DNA of 64,000 nucleotides. Origin: Candidatus Cloacimonadales bacterium (GTDB taxonomy: Bacteria; Cloacimonadota; Cloacimonadia; Cloacimonadales; JAFGVF01). Position numbers and translations under genes: made by a program. This document shows positions 59,697-64,000 of the stretch, one piece after another. The notes under the pieces are model-generated. The model was not told the origin of the DNA. It saw only the letters and a program-made list of their open reading frames with translations, and did no database searches. Each line of letters begins with the position of its first letter. The first letter of the stretch is position 1. The stretch covers positions 922,042-986,041 of the forward strand of contig CAXXOU010000001.1 in the NCBI GenBank assembly GCA_963677495.2, written 5' to 3'.

Positions 59697-62600
59697 ATGA
59701 AAAGAGCATTTTGTATTAGTGTATTGATTCTGTTAACTGCAATTATTTTCGCTCAAACCACCGGTGGACCTGATACGTTTGGTTATACATTCATTGATAG
59801 TACCGAACCTAATGGACCTGCTTTTAATTGGTATACCTCTTCAATGACAAATGAGATTACCGGATTCACTGATGACAATTATGTCGGTCCGTTTGCGATT
59901 GGATTTAACTTCTCATTTTATGATAGCGTTTATGACCAATGTTACATTGGCTCAAATGGTATGGTTGGCTTTGATGAACAAGGGATGAATGATTTGGGAA
60001 ATGACCCGGTACCATCCGATGGGACACCTAATAGTCAAATCTTCTGGTGTTGGGATGATTTGAATCCAACTTATGGATGGTCGAATAGTCATGTCTATGC
60101 TGATAATGCAATGATAGACCAGATGAATGCATACATAATATCTTTCGTTTCATACTCAGAGTATGGTGGTTCAACCGCTCCTAATGACTGTATTACTGCT
60201 CAAATTATCCTATTTGAAAACGGTAATATCAGGTTGCAGTACCAAACAATCGGTACATCTTTTGATATAAATAGTTGTACTGTGGGTATTGAGAACGAGA
60301 CAGGTACTGATGGTCTTGAATATCTCTTTGATAATAACGGAGCAATGCTACAAGAAAACCTTGCAATAGATTTTTTGAGACCGATTCCACAAACCGATGA
60401 TTTAAGGGCTTTATCGATTGAAGGTGATATTGTGCCAACAGCCGGAAATAGCATTCAATATGATGTCGCTGTAATGAATCGTGGTACTAATCCTGCTGAT
60501 AATTATAATGTTAAGCTGATGCAATATGTCGATGGACTAAATGATGTAGAGCTTGCTTCTCAATCCGGTAATTTATTACAACCCAATGCAACTGAAGTTT
60601 ATGTGTTTAACCATACATTTACAACTTCGGGTGATGTGCAACTTTATGGATATGTTGATTATACTGTAGAGTTAGCACCTGATGATAATATGTCCCCTCT
60701 GTTGGATGTGTCTGTACAGCCAACAGGGACAGCTGTATGCACAATAGGTGATGGAGATAATCTAAGCTTCCTAACACCTTTTAACTTTTTCTATACAAGT
60801 AGTCTGACACAAACCCTTATCTATCCTGATGAGATAGGAATAGGTGGCGTTATCTCAGGTATTGATTTCCATGTAAACTGGGCTGAAGACCTTCCCGGTC
60901 AAGCAATGAATATGTGGATAGGTGAGACAGGTAATGCTGACCTTTCCGGTGGCTTTATCCCTGCCGGCAACCTTACACAAGCTTTCTCTACAACTTATGA
61001 TTTCACAAGTGGTGAATACTTTATTCATATAGATTTTGATACGCCTTATGCTTATAATGGTGGTAATCTTGTTCTCATGTATCAGCGTCCTTTGGGTACA
61101 CAGATGAACAGTTCTGCTAACACTTGGTATTGCAGTGGTAGTACATATCCCAATCGGTCATTAGAGCTCCATGATACAGCTGTGGATTTTGACCCTTATA
61201 CTGATCAAACCGGTACTTATATAGACAATGTACCTAATATCAGGCTCTACTTTGTTACTTCGGGGCTCGGAGCTTTAGAGGGAACTGTTACTGATGGTGT
61301 TTCTGCTATGCCGAATGTAGAGATTATTGTACAAGGGACAAACTACTCAACAATTACGAATGCGAATGGTTTGTATACATTCCCATATCTACCGGCTGGT
61401 GATTATACTATTACAGCTAATACACACGGTTACTATGAAAGTAATATCAACGTTACAGTTATTGAAGATCAGATGGTAAACGGTGATATAGTCATGAATC
61501 AATTGCCTACTTGCTCTGTTTCAGGACAGATTATTGGCTCTGATACTATGTCTGGAATTGAAGGAAGCTGTCATCTGACAGGATATGAAGACTATGATGT
61601 TCAGACAGATGCAAACGGGTTCTTCACAATAAACGGAGTTTATACTGATAATACATATGATCTAACATTGAGTTCTCAAGGATATTCATCTACTTCGCAA
61701 GATGTGGTTGTAGGAACTTCAAACATTGATCTAGGACCGATAACATTACAGGAGATCGCCTTTCCGGTTGGCAACGTAACAGCGGAACTATTAGATACTG
61801 ATGAAGCCTTAATAAACTGGAATCCACCTGTGACAGGAGGAACAGGTGGTGCTTGGATTCATAAAGATGATGGAGTTAATGCAGATGGAGTTGGTTTGAC
61901 AAATGGGGGTACTTTCGATGTTGCTTGTAAATACGATACAAATGAGTTGGCTATCTATTCAGGTTTCTTTATTAACTCTTTGAGATTCTACTTACAAAGT
62001 CCGGCAACTTCACTTACAGTCAAAGTTTACTCAGGTATTAATGGTGATAATCTTCTGCTTGAACAACCATTAACTAATTATATCGATGGTGACTGGAACG
62101 AAGTACAACTCGATACATCGATTATGATTACAGGTCAAACTCCGATATGGTTTGGATATCAAGTTGAGCATAGCTCAGTTGATAGACCGGCCGGTTGTGA
62201 TGCAGGACCGCATCAACCGGGTGGAGATATGATTAAAACTAATACTGTATGGGAAGAGCTTCATGTTATAGCTTCCACACTTGATACAAACTGGAATCTC
62301 CAAGCCTTTATATCACAAGTACCAACCAATAGAGGAACTGTTTTGGGCAGAAGAGTTATGCCTGCTTCAGTAAAAGCTCCGATTGTATTAAGCAGAGAAT
62401 CCAATCACAGACCAATAGAAATTAGAACAGTTAATGAGCGATCATTACTTGATTACACAATTTTCCGACTTAATGAGGGAGATGAGGATAATCCAAATCT
62501 TTGGTCAGAGTTAGCAACAGTTGTAGATACTACATACACAGATTCCGATTGGATAGGTGTTCTACCAGGAGTTTATAGATTCGCTGTAATTGCGAACTAT

Positions 62601-63815
62601 ACTAACAATGTACATTCACTCCCTGTCTTCTCGAATTGGCTTTCTATGGGCTTATATGGAAGTTTAACAGCTAATTTGACAACTAATGTTGGTGATATTC
62701 CTGCAGGTGCATCAGTTGATTTAACTGCACTAACCCCTAATCCCGATGGTGAGTATCTGACTTACCATAGTGAAGCCAATGATCAGGGCATAGCAATTAT
62801 CCCTCATGTTTGGTATGGTGATTACAGGATAACAACTACTTTAGATGGGTATCAAGGCAATACGATAGATAGTTTCACTATTGATGGCAATAACAGTGTT
62901 GATATTATGATTACAGAAATCGTTATCCCTGCCCATGATGTTGTAGCAGAGGTTAATGACCACAATACACTTGTCAATGTTCATTGGGGAGAACCGGGAG
63001 CTGGCAGTGCCCCACAATGGTTAGCTTGGGATTCAGGAGAAAATGGTAATGGTGTTGGAACCGGAGCTGCTGCTCAGTTCGATATTGCCTGTAGATGGGA
63101 ACCGGAACATCTAGATGATTTCGGTGGTATGTTTATTACGGAAGTTAAGTTCTTCCCAAGAGAACAGAACTGTGAATATTCAGTAAGAGTATGGTCGGGG
63201 CCTAATGCTCAAACTATCTTAGCAGATCAGCTATGCGATGATATAGTCAATTACAATGACTGGCATACAGCAGTACTGGATAACCCAGTGCAGATTGATC
63301 CATCTCAAGAGCTATGGGTAGGCGTGAGTCTTGATACACAAACCGGACACCCTGCAGGATGTGATTCTGGTCCGGCTATAGATGGATATGGCAATATGAT
63401 GCTATGGAGTGGTTCATGGCAGACACTACTTGAAGTTGCACCAACCTTGGATCATAACTGGAACATTCAAGCATGGGTTGATTGGGAAACCCGTGGACGT
63501 GAAGCTGTGCAACTCGGAAGACCATTTGTACCTGAAGAAACTCCTACTCTTGATAGTAGATTACTAGCTACAGGCTTTGAGAACAGAGATACACGTGAAG
63601 CACTGGGTTATAATCTTTATAGATTAGTTGCCGGTAACGAGGGCGATCCACTCAGTTGGACACTAGTTGAAGCTTTAACTCCGGATACTCTGTTCGTTGA
63701 TTTGAATTGGCCGGGACTGCCTTCCGATGATTATCGCTATGCTGTCAAAGTTGCCTACACCGGAGGAGTTGAGTCCCCAGCTTCTATCTCAAATGTAATT
63801 CACTTACAAATTTAA
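59697..63815 (+). CDS. Large secreted modular protein (CARDB-like, carboxypeptidase-regulatory-like, split FN3 domains), apparently C-terminally truncated by a tandem repeat array
   Basis: Signal peptide, GGPD.FGY.FIDS, DL....I.G...V.V.N.G, TNANG.Y.F..LP.G.Y, 2x PAGCD.GP...NWN.QA. No CTD, and the stop codon lies inside the first repeat unit. Confidence 0.8.
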   Translation: MKRAFCISVLILLTAIIFAQTTGGPDTFGYTFIDSTEPNGPAFNWYTSSMTNEITGFTDDNYVGPFAIGFNFSFYDSVYDQCYIGSNGMVGFDEQGMNDLGNDPVPSDGTPNSQIFWCWDDLNPTYGWSNSHVYADNAMIDQMNAYIISFVSYSEYGGSTAPNDCITAQIILFENGNIRLQYQTIGTSFDINSCTVGIENETGTDGLEYLFDNNGAMLQENLAIDFLRPIPQTDDLRALSIEGDIVPTAGNSIQYDVAVMNRGTNPADNYNVKLMQYVDGLNDVELASQSGNLLQPNATEVYVFNHTFTTSGDVQLYGYVDYTVELAPDDNMSPLLDVSVQPTGTAVCTIGDGDNLSFLTPFNFFYTSSLTQTLIYPDEIGIGGVISGIDFHVNWAEDLPGQAMNMWIGETGNADLSGGFIPAGNLTQAFSTTYDFTSGEYFIHIDFDTPYAYNGGNLVLMYQRPLGTQMNSSANTWYCSGSTYPNRSLELHDTAVDFDPYTDQTGTYIDNVPNIRLYFVTSGLGALEGTVTDGVSAMPNVEIIVQGTNYSTITNANGLYTFPYLPAGDYTITANTHGYYESNINVTVIEDQMVNGDIVMNQLPTCSVSGQIIGSDTMSGIEGSCHLTGYEDYDVQTDANGFFTINGVYTDNTYDLTLSSQGYSSTSQDVVVGTSNIDLGPITLQEIAFPVGNVTAELLDTDEALINWNPPVTGGTGGAWIHKDDGVNADGVGLTNGGTFDVACKYDTNELAIYSGFFINSLRFYLQSPATSLTVKVYSGINGDNLLLEQPLTNYIDGDWNEVQLDTSIMITGQTPIWFGYQVEHSSVDRPAGCDAGPHQPGGDMIKTNTVWEELHVIASTLDTNWNLQAFISQVPTNRGTVLGRRVMPASVKAPIVLSRESNHRPIEIRTVNERSLLDYTIFRLNEGDEDNPNLWSELATVVDTTYTDSDWIGVLPGVYRFAVIANYTNNVHSLPVFSNWLSMGLYGSLTANLTTNVGDIPAGASVDLTALTPNPDGEYLTYHSEANDQGIAIIPHVWYGDYRITTTLDGYQGNTIDSFTIDGNNSVDIMITEIVIPAHDVVAEVNDHNTLVNVHWGEPGAGSAPQWLAWDSGENGNGVGTGAAAQFDIACRWEPEHLDDFGGMFITEVKFFPREQNCEYSVRVWSGPNAQTILADQLCDDIVNYNDWHTAVLDNPVQIDPSQELWVGVSLDTQTGHPAGCDSGPAIDGYGNMMLWSGSWQTLLEVAPTLDHNWNIQAWVDWETRGREAVQLGRPFVPEETPTLDSRLLATGFENRDTREALGYNLYRLVAGNEGDPLSWTLVEALTPDTLFVDLNWPGLPSDDYRYAVKVAYTGGVESPASISNVIHLQI

Positions 63816-64000
63816 GGAATCACTTATAAATTTAAGGAAGCACTTATAAAATTAAGGAAGAACTTATAAAGTTTAGGAATCACTTATAAATTTTAGGAAG
63901 AACTTATAAATTTAAGGAATCACTTACAAAATTAAGGAATCACTTACAAATTTAAGGAATCACTTACAAAATTAAGGAATCACTTACAAAATTAAGGAAT
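63801..64000. repeat. 20-bp tandem repeat array, at least 10 units, continues past the window end
   Basis: Consensus CACTTA(C/T)AAA(T/A)TTAAGGAAT. Units start at 63801, 63821 ... 63981 with a few substitutions and no spacers. Confidence 0.97.

Noticed and set aside
9614..60454. Numerous 60-140 aa antisense or alternate-frame ORFs, mostly inside long genes
   Set aside because: They are shadows of codon-biased genes or cross repeat clusters, with no independent RBS or motifs.
63801..64000. CRISPR or TIGR-like guide array
   Set aside because: Units are contiguous with only point variation. There are no unique spacers and no cas or tas-like gene in the window.

Overview
AT-rich bacterial chromosomal region. 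It probably comes from an anaerobic diderm of the FCB group, most like Cloacimonadota; this is inferred from the many large acidic secreted proteins ending in a T9SS-type-A/FlgD-Ig-like C-terminal domain (CTD), TTGACA-type promoters and amino-acid-fermentation genes. Signalling and mobile content: a CHASE2 adenylate/guanylate cyclase plus an SH3 gene, an orphan NMT1/THI5-domain histidine kinase, and a complete IS21 element with a 7-bp target duplication inserted inside a REP-like repeat. Secreted proteins: two paralogous beta-helix CTD genes (one broken by a single in-frame TAA), each preceded by the left-over 3' end and terminator of a lost CTD gene, and several giant modular surface proteins, including a 2114-aa lamin-tail-domain protein with no visible catalytic domain. 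Transport and metabolism: a heterodimeric ABC exporter, a serine dehydratase/fumarase/malic enzyme operon, pfkA, an alkaline phosphatase, and a TPP-riboswitch-controlled TonB receptor plus ECF S component. One operon joins a helix-hairpin-helix outer-membrane barrel, a second barrel and a 5'-nucleotidase. A 20-bp tandem array truncates the last gene and runs off the window. Intergenic regions are packed with several hairpin-repeat families, including 27-33 bp micro-elements nested inside other hairpins, and two inverted DnaA-box pairs next to 11-bp-period repeats. No rRNA, tRNA or CRISPR array was recognised. All assignments come from reading motifs by eye, with no database searches.
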